DNA from: an uncultured delta proteobacterium
Lineage (GTDB): Bacteria > Desulfobacterota > RBG-13-43-22
Length of the DNA: 64,000 nucleotides
Reading direction: 5' to 3'
NCBI GenBank assembly: GCA_963790475.1
Contig: CAWBOS010000015.1
Span: forward strand, 320,001-384,000
The first letter of the stretch is position 1. Each line of letters opens with the position of its first letter. Positions 19,981 to 31,577 of the stretch are shown in pieces. The notes below the pieces were generated by a model. It saw only the letters and a program-made list of their open reading frames with translations. It did no database searches and was not told the origin of the DNA. Made by a program: the position numbers and the translations under genes.

Positions 19981-22594
19981 AGTCTATGAATTAGCCAAAG
20001 AACTGCAAATGGAAAATAAGGTCCTGGTGGATCTTATTCGTGAACTGGGGATTGAAATCAAAAGTCATTCCTCGTCCCTGACTGAAGAACAGATTTCTTT
20101 GATCAAAGGTCATTTGAAAGGGACTAAATCCTTAGTCGTTGAAGAACAGCGGATTAAATCCACAGTCATCCGGCGGCGAAAAAAGATCGTGGAGGTCGAA
20201 CCGGTCATTGAACCCCCTGCAGAAGAACCGATCCTGGAAACACAGCCGGAACCCGAAATCAAGGAGGAAACTCCTGCTGTTCCTGAACCAAAACGGCCCA
20301 AGATAACGGTAGTTGAAAAGGAACCCTCAGCGGAACCAATTACCGAGACAATTGTTGAGGCGCAAGCCGCACCGGGGGAAGAAGAAAAAAAGGAAGGAGA
20401 AACGGAGATCGCCCAACCCGCACCACTTCCCAAACCTCTTCCGGGTAAGCCTCTTAAGCCGGCGAAAGAAGTCCCGGCTAAGGTGATTCGACGAGCGGAG
20501 GCACCGGCCCGAGTGATCCGACCGGCAGAACCGATTGTTAAATTGGTTCAACCTATCAGGCCGCCCACCCCCCAGGTCAAACCGGAAGAAAAAAAGCCCG
20601 ACAAGTTAGAAAAAGAGGCCCCCAAGGATAAAATATCTTCCAGAAAGAAGCCGAAAGCAGGTAAGACCGCGGCCGAGGAAGAAGCCGCCAAGGCCAAAAT
20701 ATTCAAAAAGAAAAGGGAGATCTTAGAGCGTGCGGATTTATATGATGATTCGGGGAAAGAGGCCAGGGCTTACCGGGCCGGTAAGGGGGGAAAATTACCG
20801 GTCAAGAAATTCAAAAAGACGGAAATCACCACCCCTAAGGCGATCAAACGCCGATTAAAGGTCTCCGAGTTTATTAATGTCAGTGAACTGGCCAAGAGAA
20901 TGGGCATCAAATCGGGGGAACTCATCAAAAAGATGATCGCCTTAGGACTTATGGTCACATTAAATCAATCGGTTGATTTTGATACGGCCGCTTTGGCGGC
21001 TTCCGAATTCGGCTTCGAGGTGGAAAAAGTTCACCTTGAGGAAGAGCAAATATTAAACCTTCATACCGATCTTCAGGAAGAACTCCAGACCCGGCCTCCG
21101 GTGGTCACCATCATGGGACATGTGGACCACGGCAAGACCTCTTTATTGGATGTTATTCGAAAAACCAACGTCACCGCCGGCGAGGCCGGAGGAATCACCC
21201 AGCACATCGGGGCCTATCATGTCCATCTGGATAAGGGGGAGATTGTTTTCCTGGATACCCCCGGTCATGAGGCCTTTACGGCCATGAGGGCCAGAGGGGC
21301 TCAGATAACGGATATCGTCATCCTGGTGGTGGCCGCCGACGATGGGATGATGCCACAAACCAAAGAGGCCATTGATCATGCCCGGGCGGCCGGGGTCCCC
21401 ATCATCGTTGCCATTAACAAAATAGACAAACCCAATGCCAATCCGGAACGGGTCAAAAGGCAATTGGCCGAATACGGGTTGTCCCCTGAGGAATGGGGGG
21501 GAGACACCATTTTTGCCGAGGTGTCGGCCAAGACGGGCGCTGGAGTCGATGCCCTTCTGGAATTAATCCTCTTGCAGTCCGAGGTCCTGGAGTTAAAGGC
21601 CAATCCCAATAAATTAGCGACAGGAAGGATCGTCGAAGCCCGGCTGGATAAAGGCCGGGGGCCTATTGCCACCGTGCTTATTTCCGGGGGCGTGTTAAAA
21701 ACAGGAGACCCCTTTATCTGCGGGATCCATTTTGGAAAGGTCCGGGCCCTTTATAACGATTGGGGTCAGAAAGTGAATCAGGCCCTGCCCTCCATCCCGG
21801 TCGAAGTTCATGGGTTTAACGGTGTTCCCCAGGCTGGAGATGAATTTGTCGTGGTTGAAGATGAAAAAACCGCCAGACAGATCGGGGTATTCCGCCTCCA
21901 GAAAAAGCGGGAGGCCGAACTTTCCAAAACCAGCAAAGTCACCCTGGAAAAGCTCTATGAACAAATCCAGGAAGGACAGGTCAAGGAACTCAACATCATT
22001 CTTAAGGCTGATGTCCAGGGGTCCATTGAAGCCATTAGCGAAGCCCTGAATAAGTTGAGCACTCCGGTCATCAAGGTCAATGTCATCCATAGCTCCCCGG
22101 GGGCGATCACCGAGACCGACATCATGCTGGCCTCGGCCTCCAAAGCCATTATCATCGGATTCAACGTCCGGCCAAACCATAAAGTGCAGGAAATGGCAGA
22201 ACAGGAGCTGGTCGACGTTCGGTTTTACGATATCATCTATCAACTGGTTTCCGATGTCAAAGATGCCATGGTGGGGATGCTGGAGCCTGTTCATAAAGAG
22301 GTGGTTCACGGGCACGCCGAAATCAGGGAGATTTTTCATGTCCCCAAGGTCGGTGCCATCGCCGGAAGTTTTGTGATCGATGGGACCATTGAAAGAAATG
22401 CCAAGGCCCGTCTTCTGAGGGACCATGTGGTGATCTATGATGGTCGAATAGCTTCTCTGCGGCGACTCAAAGACGATGTTAAAGAGGTGGCTGCCGGTTA
22501 TGAATGCGGTATCCGGCTGGAAGATTATAATGATCTCAAGGTGGGGGATGTAGTGGAATCGTATATCCTCGAAGAAGTTAAGCCGGAACTTTGA
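19967..22594 (+). CDS. infB: Translation initiation factor IF-2
   Basis: [14 protein letters not shown] and NKID GTPase motifs. Confidence 0.99.
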   Translation: MAKIRVYELAKELQMENKVLVDLIRELGIEIKSHSSSLTEEQISLIKGHLKGTKSLVVEEQRIKSTVIRRRKKIVEVEPVIEPPAEEPILETQPEPEIKEETPAVPEPKRPKITVVEKEPSAEPITETIVEAQAAPGEEEKKEGETEIAQPAPLPKPLPGKPLKPAKEVPAKVIRRAEAPARVIRPAEPIVKLVQPIRPPTPQVKPEEKKPDKLEKEAPKDKISSRKKPKAGKTAAEEEAAKAKIFKKKREILERADLYDDSGKEARAYRAGKGGKLPVKKFKKTEITTPKAIKRRLKVSEFINVSELAKRMGIKSGELIKKMIALGLMVTLNQSVDFDTAALAASEFGFEVEKVHLEEEQILNLHTDLQEELQTRPPVVTIMGHVDHGKTSLLDVIRKTNVTAGEAGGITQHIGAYHVHLDKGEIVFLDTPGHEAFTAMRARGAQITDIVILVVAADDGMMPQTKEAIDHARAAGVPIIVAINKIDKPNANPERVKRQLAEYGLSPEEWGGDTIFAEVSAKTGAGVDALLELILLQSEVLELKANPNKLATGRIVEARLDKGRGPIATVLISGGVLKTGDPFICGIHFGKVRALYNDWGQKVNQALPSIPVEVHGFNGVPQAGDEFVVVEDEKTARQIGVFRLQKKREAELSKTSKVTLEKLYEQIQEGQVKELNIILKADVQGSIEAISEALNKLSTPVIKVNVIHSSPGAITETDIMLASASKAIIIGFNVRPNHKVQEMAEQELVDVRFYDIIYQLVSDVKDAMVGMLEPVHKEVVHGHAEIREIFHVPKVGAIAGSFVIDGTIERNAKARLLRDHVVIYDGRIASLRRLKDDVKEVAAGYECGIRLEDYNDLKVGDVVESYILEEVKPEL

Positions 22595-22601
22595 TAAACG
22601 A

Positions 22602-22738
22602 TACAAGGTATACAGAGGGTACAAGGTTAACGGCATAAGGTGCTCGGTTTTCCGGGGTTTTTGATTTTTATTTAGGATTTGCCTTGAACCTCCTGCCCCT
22701 GCGGGCCTGCAGGCGCAGGCCTTATCCTTTGCGCCTTT
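22602..22738. repeat. Degenerate inverted heptamer array with an internal GC palindrome
   Basis: TACAAGG-like units, then CCTTGAA/CCTTATC-like units around CCTGCCCCTGCGGGCCTGCAGGCGCAGG. Confidence 0.55.
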
Positions 22739-22750
22739 ATTTTAGGAATT

Positions 22751-23041
22751 ATGATGGTCATCGGTATCCTGGAAATGATTCTTTATCTGCCGGAATCTCA
22801 TTCTCTGAAGGAAAAGCGCCAGGTCGTCAAAAGCATAAAGGACAAAGTCCACAACCGGTTTAACGTGGCCATTGCCGAGATCGACGACCTCGATCTGTGG
22901 CAAAAGGCCCATTTGGGGATTTGCAGTCTGGGAAACGATCGAAGCCAGGTCAATGGCCGCCTGGATGTGGTCATCAATTTCATTGAAAGGCTGCAGCTTG
23001 CGGTTGATATTGATACCCAGATAGAATTGTTAGACTATTAA
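22751..23041 (+). CDS. DUF503 / YlxP family protein
   Basis: SHSLKEKR and FNVAIAE..D.WQ motifs; lies between infB and rbfA. Confidence 0.9.
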   Translation: MMVIGILEMILYLPESHSLKEKRQVVKSIKDKVHNRFNVAIAEIDDLDLWQKAHLGICSLGNDRSQVNGRLDVVINFIERLQLAVDIDTQIELLDY

Positions 23042-23069
23042 CTGACGAGGACTGAATGAGGAAATTTTA

Positions 23070-23127
23070 GTTCGGAGTTAATAGTTCGGAGTAAAATCTC
23101 TCAACTCCGAACTCCGAACTCGAAACT
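23070..23127. repeat. Inverted heptamer array (TTCGGAG / CTCCGAA)
   Basis: Same unit as 12248-12326. Confidence 0.75.
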
Positions 23128-23157
23128 GCATTTTAATGATTCTCAGATCCCAAGAAA

Positions 23158-23541
23158 ATGATAATGCACGCTACACCATCTAAACCGAAAAGGACTATTC
23201 AAGTCGGGGGATTGATCCAGCAGGAAATCTCGGAGCTGTTAGTGAGGAAAATAAAAGACCCCCGACTGGAATTGGTGACCATCACCGGCGTCGAGGTCTC
23301 ACCCGACCTGAAGTTGGCCCGGGTCTATTTCAGCCGGTTTGGGGATCCTGAAGAGGTCCGGCGGGGCCTGGAAGGCTTACAAAGTGCTACTGGATTCATC
23401 AAACGGGAATTGGGGCAGCGCCTGAAACTGCGCCGTGTCCCTGATTTGGAATTTGCCCACGATACCTCTTTTGAATACGGAGACCGGATCGAATCCTTAT
23501 TAAAAGATTTGTTCCCAGTCAAAGAACCTGAGGAATCATGA
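23158..23541 (+). CDS. rbfA: Ribosome-binding factor A
   Basis: IKDPRL, VSPDL..A and LRRVPDLEF..D motifs. Confidence 0.96.
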   Translation: MIMHATPSKPKRTIQVGGLIQQEISELLVRKIKDPRLELVTITGVEVSPDLKLARVYFSRFGDPEEVRRGLEGLQSATGFIKRELGQRLKLRRVPDLEFAHDTSFEYGDRIESLLKDLFPVKEPEES

Positions 23542-24494
23542 GAGCCATACATTCTAAGATAGCCCCTTCTGGTTTTTCCGAACCATCGGACTGGGAGGGA
23601 ATTTTAGTGGTGAACAAATCGGCTGGAATGACCTCCAACCGGGTAATCCAATGCCTTCGGAAGACCGCCGCTATTCAAAAAATGGGCTACCTGGGCACGC
23701 TGGACCCGATCGCTACCGGGGTTTTGCCCGTTTGTATCGGGTGGGCGACCAAGATCATCCCTTTTATTCCCGACCATCCCAAGGGATATCGGGCGGTCAT
23801 GCTTTTGGGGGGGAAAACGGACACCCAGGATGTTACCGGTCAGGTGATCAGCACTTTCCAGGGCCCTCTCCCTGATCGTAAACGGATTGAGGAGGTTTTT
23901 AAGGAATTTATCGGTCTTCAGGAACAGGTCCCCCCTTCTTTTTCGGCCCTGAAATATAAAGGCAAACCCTTGTATCACTGGGCCAGACGGGGCATAGCGA
24001 TTGTCAAACCGCCGAGGCGTATTACTATTGATTCGATTGAGGTCCTGAGCATGGAAGGGGAACGGGTGACTTTTGAAGTGTTTTGTTCTCCGGGGACCTA
24101 TGTCCGGACGATTTGCAACGATGTTGGAGACCGCCTGGGCTGCGGTGCCTATTTGGAGGAACTTAAAAGGATTCAAAGCGGACCTTTTATCCTTTCTCAA
24201 GCCCTGACCCTGGAAAGAATCCAGGAAGCTTCCAACCGGGGAGAAATCGGAACCCTTAAAATTCCGGTGGAGAAGATCCTCCATCATCTGCCTCAGATCT
24301 GGGTGGAAGGGCAATGGAAAGACAAGATCAAGCAAGGAAGATTTCTGAATCAGGCCCCGGGTATTTCCCCCTGGCCTCAAGTTGAACCCGGGGTGCCGGT
24401 TTGTGTGAAAGGCCCCAAAGATGAATTATGGGCCATTTATCAAAGAGAAGAGAATCCCAAACTGACTTTTAAACCCATTCGGGTAATTATTTGA
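23538..24494 (+). CDS. truB: tRNA pseudouridine(55) synthase
   Basis: GTLDPIATGVL, TDTQD, PPSFSALK and GTYVR motifs. Confidence 0.96.
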   Translation: MRAIHSKIAPSGFSEPSDWEGILVVNKSAGMTSNRVIQCLRKTAAIQKMGYLGTLDPIATGVLPVCIGWATKIIPFIPDHPKGYRAVMLLGGKTDTQDVTGQVISTFQGPLPDRKRIEEVFKEFIGLQEQVPPSFSALKYKGKPLYHWARRGIAIVKPPRRITIDSIEVLSMEGERVTFEVFCSPGTYVRTICNDVGDRLGCGAYLEELKRIQSGPFILSQALTLERIQEASNRGEIGTLKIPVEKILHHLPQIWVEGQWKDKIKQGRFLNQAPGISPWPQVEPGVPVCVKGPKDELWAIYQREENPKLTFKPIRVII

Positions 24495-24548
24495 TAACAT
24501 TATACATGCCCTATATGGGTATGAATATTTATTTAAAGGAGGTATATC

Positions 24549-24818
24549 GTGGGATTATATGCGGAACAAAAAAAGGAAATTCTGGGTAAATTCGGGGTAC
24601 ACCCCACAGACACCGGTTCCCCAGAGATTCAAATCGCCTTGTTAAGTGAACGGATCAAATATCTGACTGAACACTTCAAAACCCACCAGAAGGATCACCA
24701 CTCCCGACGGGGGCTGCTCAAACTGGTGGGCCAGCGTAAACGGATGCTGAGTTATTTAAAAAAGAAAGATGCCGAACGGTATCGAACCCTCATACAAGAG
24801 TTGGGAATTCGTAAATAG
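24549..24818 (+). CDS. rpsO: 30S ribosomal protein S15
   Basis: [10 protein letters not shown] and KDHHSRRGL motifs. Confidence 0.99.
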   Translation: MGLYAEQKKEILGKFGVHPTDTGSPEIQIALLSERIKYLTEHFKTHQKDHHSRRGLLKLVGQRKRMLSYLKKKDAERYRTLIQELGIRK

Positions 24819-24854
24819 GGCTTAGCGCCTTCCCAATATAAGGAGCATACAGTA

Positions 24855-26951
24855 ATGGTTCAAGTAGTGACAACCGAAATAAACGGGAGGACCTTAAGTA
24901 TTGAAACCGGACGGGTGGCCAAACAGGCCGGCGGTGCAGTTCTGGTGCAATACGGTGAGACCATCGTCTTGGTTACGGTGGTGTCCTCCAATGAAATACG
25001 CGAGGGGATCGATTTTCTGCCTTTGACCGTGGATTATCAGGAGATGGCTTATGCTGCCGGAAAAATTCCGGGCAGTTTTTTCAGGCGGGAAATCGGCCGG
25101 CCGAGCGAAAAAGAAACCCTGACCTCCCGTTTGATCGACCGACCCTTGCGGCCCCTTTTTCCCAAAGGGTATCGCAATGAAACTCAGGTCATCGCCACAG
25201 TCCTTTCCGTGGATCAGGAGAACGATCCCGATGTCCTGGCCATGGTTGGGGCTTCGGCCGCCCTGGAAGTCTCGGATATCCCCTTTAACGGACCGATCGC
25301 CGGGATCCGGGTCGGCCGGGTGAACGGAGAATTGATATTAAACCCCACCAGTACCCAGTTGATGGACAGCGATATCAACCTGATCGTGGCCGGTTCACGG
25401 GAGGCCGTGGTCATGGTGGAAGGCGGGGCCAAAGAGGCTTCCGAAGAAGATCTGGTGCAGGCTGTTTTTTATGGCCATCAAGGGATTCAGGAAATCCTGG
25501 ATCTCCAGAAAAAGCTGGGCCAGGCCGTTGGGAACACCAAAAAGACCTTTCCTGTCCCGGTAGAAGATGAGGCCTTAAAGGCCCGGGTCTTCGATCTGGC
25601 CCGGACACCTTTCCTGGAGGCTTTAGCTCTCAACGCGAAAATAGAACGCCAGAATCGGATCCATGCCATCCAGGAGGATCTGGTCCAAAAGTTGACTGCG
25701 GATAACCCGGACCTGAAAAAAGGAACCCTAAAGTTTTTAGAGGACCTGGAACGACAACTGATACGCGACATGATCGTCAAAGAAAAAACCAGGATCGGGG
25801 GAAGGGCCTATAATGAGGTCCGGCCTATTTCCTGTGATATAGCCATATTGCCGAGGACCCACGGATCGGCCCTTTTTACCCGGGGGGAAACCCAGGCCCT
25901 GGCCGTGACCACTCTGGGGACGTCTTCGGACGAACAACGGATCGATTCATTGAACGGGGAATCCTTCAAGTCCTTTATGCTTCACTATAACTTTCCACCC
26001 TTTTCGGTGGGAGAGGCCCGGATGCTGCGCGGTCCCGGCCGGCGTGAAATCGGACACGGGGCCCTGGCCGAAAGGGCCTTGAAACCGTTGCTGCCTTCCA
26101 GTGAGGATTTTCCCTATACGATCCGCATCGTTTCCGAAATCCTGGAATCCAACGGCTCATCCTCTATGGCCACGGTCTGCGGGGCGAGCCTTTCCCTGAT
26201 GGATGCCGGCGTGCCCATCAAATCCCATGTGGCCGGCGTAGCCATGGGCCTGATTATGGAACAAGGCCAGGTGGCCGTCCTGACCGATATCCTGGGGGAT
26301 GAAGATCACTGCGGGGATATGGATTTCAAGGTCACCGGCACGGGAAACGGGGTTACGGCCCTGCAAATGGACATCAAGATCCAAGGGGTGACCCAGGAAA
26401 TCATGGGCCAGGCCCTTCGCCAGGCCCGGGAGGGACGATTGTCCATCCTCCAACTGATGGATCAAACCATCCGGGAGCCGCGGACCAGCATCTCCGAATA
26501 TGCCCCCAAGATCGTTACCATCGAAATCAATCCGGAAAAAATCCGGGAGGTGATCGGCCCGGGCGGCAAGGTGATTCGTTCCATCGTCGCTGAAACCGGG
26601 GCCAAGATCGAGGTGGAGGATTCGGGAAAGGTAATCATCGCCTCCTCCGACAGCAAGAGCGTGGATCGGGCCATCGCCATGATCAAAGAGATCGTTCAGG
26701 AGGTGGAGATCGGTCAGCTTTATATGGGCAAGGTGATCAAGATCATGGACTTCGGGGCCTTTGTCGAGATCTTACCCGGCACCGAAGGACTGGTCCATAT
26801 TTCCCAGTTGGATAACCAGCATGTCAAGAAAGTCACCGATGTGCTCAAAGAAGGCGATGAGGTCCTGGTCAAGGTCCTGGAAGTGGACCGCCAGGGCAAG
26901 ATCAGGTTGAGCCGCAAGGCCGCCCTGGGTCAGAGCCTTCCCCCCAGGTGA
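24855..26951 (+). CDS. pnp: Polyribonucleotide nucleotidyltransferase
   Basis: [15 protein letters not shown] and GDMDFK motifs; KH and S1 domains. Confidence 0.99.
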   Translation: MVQVVTTEINGRTLSIETGRVAKQAGGAVLVQYGETIVLVTVVSSNEIREGIDFLPLTVDYQEMAYAAGKIPGSFFRREIGRPSEKETLTSRLIDRPLRPLFPKGYRNETQVIATVLSVDQENDPDVLAMVGASAALEVSDIPFNGPIAGIRVGRVNGELILNPTSTQLMDSDINLIVAGSREAVVMVEGGAKEASEEDLVQAVFYGHQGIQEILDLQKKLGQAVGNTKKTFPVPVEDEALKARVFDLARTPFLEALALNAKIERQNRIHAIQEDLVQKLTADNPDLKKGTLKFLEDLERQLIRDMIVKEKTRIGGRAYNEVRPISCDIAILPRTHGSALFTRGETQALAVTTLGTSSDEQRIDSLNGESFKSFMLHYNFPPFSVGEARMLRGPGRREIGHGALAERALKPLLPSSEDFPYTIRIVSEILESNGSSSMATVCGASLSLMDAGVPIKSHVAGVAMGLIMEQGQVAVLTDILGDEDHCGDMDFKVTGTGNGVTALQMDIKIQGVTQEIMGQALRQAREGRLSILQLMDQTIREPRTSISEYAPKIVTIEINPEKIREVIGPGGKVIRSIVAETGAKIEVEDSGKVIIASSDSKSVDRAIAMIKEIVQEVEIGQLYMGKVIKIMDFGAFVEILPGTEGLVHISQLDNQHVKKVTDVLKEGDEVLVKVLEVDRQGKIRLSRKAALGQSLPPR

Positions 26952-28213
26952 TGACCATGATCAACAAAACCATATTGCCCAATGGACTCCGGATCGTCAC
27001 CGAGACCCTGCCTTATTTGTATTCGGTCTCGGTGGGTATCTGGGTGGACATCGGTTCCCGTGATGAAAACCCCGAGGAAAACGGGATCTCCCATTTTATC
27101 GAACACATGATCTTCAAGGGCACCCACAAGCGGACCGCCCTGGACATTGCCAAGGAGATGGATGCCATCGGCGGCATGTCCAATGCCTTCACCTCCAAAG
27201 AACAGACCTGTTTTTATACCCGGGTCCTGGACAATCATCTGGAACAGGGGGTGGCGATCCTTTTGGATATCTTTCTGAACTCCCTGTTCGATCCCGAAGA
27301 ATTGGAACGGGAACGGCTGGTGGTCCTTCAGGAAATCGGCATGGTCGAAGACACCCCGGACGAGTTCACCCATGTCCTTCTGGGCGAAACGGCCTATCAG
27401 GGAAACTCCCTGGCCCAGCCGATCCTGGGGACCCCGGAAACCGTCCAGGCCATCAATCAGGATAAAATACTGAATTACCTCAAACGGACTTATGGTCCGG
27501 AAAAAATTGTAGTGGCCGCTGCCGGAAAAGTAGAGCACGAGGCCTTTGTCAATCTGGTAGCCCCGGAATTAAATAAGATCCAGCCGATTACTCCGGAAAA
27601 TAACCGGAAGGGTCCGGTCCTGTGTTCAAAATCAAAGGTAGTTACCAAGGATCTGGAACAGGTCCACGTGGCCTGGGCTACCAAGGCCCCGAACGCCGAT
27701 GACCCCAAAAGATATGTCAGCACCCTGCTGAATGTCATCATGGGTGGAAACATGAGCTCCCGTTTGTTTCAAGAGGTCCGGGAAAAGAGGGGACTGGCCT
27801 ATTCCATCTATTCCTTTCTCTCCGCTTACCGGGATTCCGGGATGTGGGGGATTTATACCGCCGTGGCCAAGGAGACCCTGACCCAGACCCTGGAAGTGAT
27901 CGGACAGGAGCTCCGGAAATTAAAGCAGGTGGAATTTCCCGCCTCTGAACTGGAAGCCGCTAAGGAATTTGTCAAGGGCGGGATTCTCCTGGGCGCTGAA
28001 AGCAGCGATAACCGCATGACCCGCATTGCTAAAAATGAGATAACCTTCGGCCGCGACGTTCCCTTTGAAGAAGTCCTGGAAGACCTGAACAAGGTCACCG
28101 GCCGCGAGATTGTCGCTTTGGCCGAAGAAATCCTTCAGCCCGATCAATTTTCCTTAGTCTCCCTGGGGCCGGTCGGCGAAGAAGACCTTCCCCATCCGGC
28201 CATTGCCTTATGA
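26948..28213 (+). CDS. M16 family zinc peptidase
   Basis: HFIEH inverted zinc motif, NAFTS and [16 protein letters not shown]. Confidence 0.95.
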   Translation: MMTMINKTILPNGLRIVTETLPYLYSVSVGIWVDIGSRDENPEENGISHFIEHMIFKGTHKRTALDIAKEMDAIGGMSNAFTSKEQTCFYTRVLDNHLEQGVAILLDIFLNSLFDPEELERERLVVLQEIGMVEDTPDEFTHVLLGETAYQGNSLAQPILGTPETVQAINQDKILNYLKRTYGPEKIVVAAAGKVEHEAFVNLVAPELNKIQPITPENNRKGPVLCSKSKVVTKDLEQVHVAWATKAPNADDPKRYVSTLLNVIMGGNMSSRLFQEVREKRGLAYSIYSFLSAYRDSGMWGIYTAVAKETLTQTLEVIGQELRKLKQVEFPASELEAAKEFVKGGILLGAESSDNRMTRIAKNEITFGRDVPFEEVLEDLNKVTGREIVALAEEILQPDQFSLVSLGPVGEEDLPHPAIAL

Positions 28214-28668
28214 CGGAATCTTTGATCCTTCAAATCCGCCGCTTGAACCCGCAAAGAGACCGGGACCTTCCCGTCCCCGAATATATGAGTCCCGGGGCCT
28301 CGGGTCTGGATCTACCGGCGGCCATTGAGAGTGAAATCACCCTGGCCCCCGGTGAAATCCGACTGATCCCTACCGGTCTGGCCCTGGCCATACCGCCTGG
28401 ATTTGAAGGGCAGGTCCGACCCCGAAGCGGCCTGGCCTTAAAGCATGGGATCAGCCTGATCAACAGCCCGGGCACCATCGACTCCGATTACCGGGGAGAG
28501 CTCGGATTGGCGATCATTAATCAGGGACAAAACCCCTATACCATACGCCGGGGAGACCGCCTGGCCCAACTGGTAATCCAAAAAGTCTATCAAGCCGCTA
28601 TTCAGGTGGTCGACGATCTGGATAACACCAACCGGGCCGCCGGCGGCTTCGGCCACAGCGGAATTTAG
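28210..28668 (+). CDS. dut: dUTPase
   Basis: RPRSGLA, GTIDSDYRGE and GGFGHSG motifs. Confidence 0.97.
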   Translation: MTESLILQIRRLNPQRDRDLPVPEYMSPGASGLDLPAAIESEITLAPGEIRLIPTGLALAIPPGFEGQVRPRSGLALKHGISLINSPGTIDSDYRGELGLAIINQGQNPYTIRRGDRLAQLVIQKVYQAAIQVVDDLDNTNRAAGGFGHSGI

Positions 28669-28704
28669 TCCTTCCTTTATTTTTCCGCCACCTTTCGTAT
28701 AGGC

Positions 28705-28784
28705 TATGAGCTTTGAGCTTTTTTTCTCCGAACTCCGAAATCCCAACTGCCAACTTTCTTTTAGCCTCATGCCTCATGCCTCAA
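28705..28784. repeat. Heptamer array of mixed units
   Basis: TATGAGC/TTTGAGC, CTCCGAA x2, GCCTCAT x3. Confidence 0.65.
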
Positions 28785-28866
28785 CCCATTTTCTTTAATC
28801 TTTTTCTCCTTGACGAAAAAGACTGCTGTTTCATATAATTTAAAAAACATACGGGATCATACTAAT

Positions 28867-29202
28867 ATGCCCACTGCTTTTTTATCTTTATTGGAAAAAA
28901 GAAAAAAGAAACAGAAGATCTCAAAAAAGGAAGCGGTTGATGAAGTTCAACGACTCGCTTCCCTTTTAAGGAAAAAGTTTCGCTTTGAATCCCTCTACCT
29001 TGCCGGTTCTCTCACAAATGATACTTTCCACGGGCATTCCGACCTCGATCTGATTATTAAAGGGATGAGCATAAAAGATTTTTTCAAGGCTTATGCCCTG
29101 CTTCTGAAAGAAAGCCGCCGCCCTATTGATTTCAAACCCTTCGAGGATCTTACTCCTGATTTTCAAAAGAAAATTTTTGAAGGAGGAATGAGGATTGGAT
29201 AA
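28867..29202 (+). CDS. Minimal nucleotidyltransferase (MntA-like antitoxin)
   Basis: GS-x10-DLD motif (GSLTNDTFHGHSDLD); overlaps the HEPN gene; TTGACG..TATAAT promoter at 28810-28839. Confidence 0.85.
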   Translation: MPTAFLSLLEKRKKKQKISKKEAVDEVQRLASLLRKKFRFESLYLAGSLTNDTFHGHSDLDLIIKGMSIKDFFKAYALLLKESRRPIDFKPFEDLTPDFQKKIFEGGMRIG

Positions 29203-29668
29203 AAATATTTTAAGGAGTATCGTTGCTGAGATTGAAAGGGAATTGGAAAACCTGGAAGAACTTAGAAAAGAAATGAAGGAGATCCACTTTCAGGAATCCA
29301 TAATCATGCGGCGCTCCACCGGGTCAATCCTGCACGATTTTTATAACGGGGCTGAAAGGATATTTAAAAAGATTGCCGTGGATATCAATGGGGGATATGA
29401 AGATTCCGAGAAATGGCATAAGGCCTTGCTTTTTAAGATGACCATAGCGGTTAGAGGCCTCAGACCGGTGGTCTTGTCCGAGGAATTGGCTGCGGAAATG
29501 GACGAATATCTCGCCTTCCGGGACCTTTTCAGAAATATTTATGGCTTTGAACTCAAAGGGGAAAGAATCAGCTATCTGGCTAAAAAATTTGATTTGGTGG
29601 CTAAAAGGTTTATTAAGGAGATAAAAATTTTCCTCGGTCATTTAGAAAACGAGCTGAAGAAAAAATAA
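29195..29668 (+). CDS. HEPN / HepT-like ribonuclease toxin
   Basis: LHDFYNG.ERIF, WHKALL and FRDLFRNIY motifs. Confidence 0.82.
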   Translation: MDKNILRSIVAEIERELENLEELRKEMKEIHFQESIIMRRSTGSILHDFYNGAERIFKKIAVDINGGYEDSEKWHKALLFKMTIAVRGLRPVVLSEELAAEMDEYLAFRDLFRNIYGFELKGERISYLAKKFDLVAKRFIKEIKIFLGHLENELKKK

Positions 29669-29744
29669 ATCCATGGCCACCAGGAAAAATAATATACAAC
29701 GTTTTTAAAAATTTAGGAAGATGAAGAAACCTCAGTTAAAAGGA

Positions 29745-30143
29745 CCAGGGTCAGGTCTATACTGTTGGACTTTTGATGACGGCATTGGGGGGTACAAACA
29801 AAACGGGCCAAGTCTGCTTTTGACTCTTTTTGAAAGGTAGGCCCCAAAGGGCGTTATCCATTTTGATTTCGACGGAAAGACAAACGGCCCTTCAAGCCAT
29901 CAGAATTTACCGTCTCCAAGATGCATAAATTCCGATTACTCTTCTGCAAAAATTTCAGCGACGGGAGAGGAAGATCGGACTGCCTCCCGTTCCGTTCTCT
30001 CTTGAACTTGGAGCATGGTCAATACGGCGGCCAAAGCTAATATCCCCAAGGCGACTAAAGCAGCCCACCAGGCTTTATAAGTATGATAGGCGTCAAAAAT
30101 CCATCCGGCCAGGGGCGGGGATATAGTGTTTCTTGCCGCAATA
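29745..30143. repeat. Diverged duplicate of 31206-31785
   Basis: Collinear similarity over about 400 bp, including the 3' end of the MFS gene. Confidence 0.9.
29936..30143 (-). pseudogene. 3' remnant of an MFS transporter paralog
   Basis: Encodes ISPPLAGWIFDAYHTYKAWWAALVALGILALAA...; the rest of the gene is absent. Confidence 0.88.
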
Positions 30144-30566
30144 GTAAAGAGGTCAAGTCGCCGTTTGACTTATCTATAGTCCGGGACGGTTGATTCCAAG
30201 CAACTCTTTTCCCCCCGGCGAGTCGATTTTTGGTTTAAATCTACTCTTGACCCTTTTTGAAAAATTGGACCCAATAAGCGTTATCTTCTTCGTTTTCAAC
30301 GGAAGACAAAATAAAAAAAACCTATCCATTCAGCACGTTGACACCAAAATACAGACTTTTTCTTCGTAAAATAGAATATTCACCTTATTTACCTCTCAAA
30401 TCATGTTGATAGACTGAAAACAAAAAATTTGTTTCTTTCTAAAATGAAAGCGCCAGAAAATAAGGTCCCCACGATCAAAGCCAAGTTAGTTAGGGGGATT
30501 GAAGAACACGGTCCAATTTATTCTGTTGCTCAAATTTTAGAACTGTTCCAAAGGAGGTGAAAGAAA

Positions 30567-31085
30567 ATGATTCAGGTTTGTTGTTACAAAGGTTGTGGAG
30601 TTGTTTATGGTGAAAAAGAGCCTTTAACAGACAAGACAGAAACGCATGGTTTATGCCCGAAGCACTTCGAGACCTCCGTAGTTGAGATTAGAGCTGAGAT
30701 GGAAAGAATCATGCGGAGAAGCTGTCCCAAGATACTGATTGTCGAGGATAGTACTCTTTTTCGGCAATTGCTCAAAGGGGCGTTGCAGGATCGATTCCCA
30801 TCAATCGAAATTCTCGAAGCGGGTGATGGGGAAAAGGCAGTTCAAGAAATTGAGACTTCACTCCCTGATCTTGTCTTTATGGACATTAGATTGCCCGGAG
30901 AAAACGGTCTTGAGTTGACAAAAAAGATAAAAGCCCAATATCCGAATATAATTGTTGTTATCCTTACAGGTTATGATTTACCAGAATACCGAGAATTTTC
31001 AAAACAGTACGCTGATTATTTCTTTTCAAAAGATACATTAACTAAGGAGAACATATTCACGGCTGTTCAATCCATGTTACGATGA
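30567..31085 (+). CDS. Response regulator receiver fused to an N-terminal Cys/His (zinc-finger-like) domain
   Basis: CCYKGC...HGLCPKH, then LIVED, VFMD, LTG and FSK; SD AAGGAGGTG. Confidence 0.8.
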   Translation: MIQVCCYKGCGVVYGEKEPLTDKTETHGLCPKHFETSVVEIRAEMERIMRRSCPKILIVEDSTLFRQLLKGALQDRFPSIEILEAGDGEKAVQEIETSLPDLVFMDIRLPGENGLELTKKIKAQYPNIIVVILTGYDLPEYREFSKQYADYFFSKDTLTKENIFTAVQSMLR

Positions 31086-31238
31086 AAATCGTCCAAGTTA
31101 CTCAACATTCCCCTGATAAAAAGAGAAAAGACAGCTCCTATCGGCCTCTCCTTTCCCTTTGTATATAAATTCCCATTAATCTTTTTCAAACAATAGAGCA
31201 TAGGGCCAGGGTCAGGTCTATGCAGTTGGACTTTTAGT

Positions 31239-31418
31239 TAGTTTCCATCCGGAAACGGTTCTTTTTTCCCCTGGCGGTGTCAATACGCGGGATCTCTTGT
31301 GCGGCGTACTCCTGTACGCCTCCGCGCAATCCCTTGATTTCCTAGCCATGACAAAAAATTCCTCGTTTCCGAATTGGAAACGCCTAGTTTTACATCCGGT
31401 ATTTCCGGATGAAAACTA
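31239..31418. mobile_element. MITE (about 180 bp)
   Basis: TIRs TAGTTTCCATCCGGAAA / TTTCCGGATGAAAACTA; internal hairpin GGCGTAC-TCCT-GTACGCC; absent from the paralogous copy near 29775. Confidence 0.82.
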
Positions 31419-31577
31419 GTTAGGATTTGGGGGGGACACAAAAAACGGAGCGAGTCTGCTGTTGACTCTTTCTGAGAAATTGGATCCGACGGGCGTTATC
31501 CTTTTTGATTTTGACGGAAAGACAAACGGCCCTTTCAGGCCATCAAAATTTACCCCCCCACAATGCATAAATTCCAA

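Noticed and set aside
21695-22636. 313-aa antisense ORF
   Set aside because: Shadow of infB on the opposite strand; no recognisable motifs
23604-24380. 258-aa antisense ORF
   Set aside because: Shadow of truB; the many other short overlapping ORFs were dropped for the same reason
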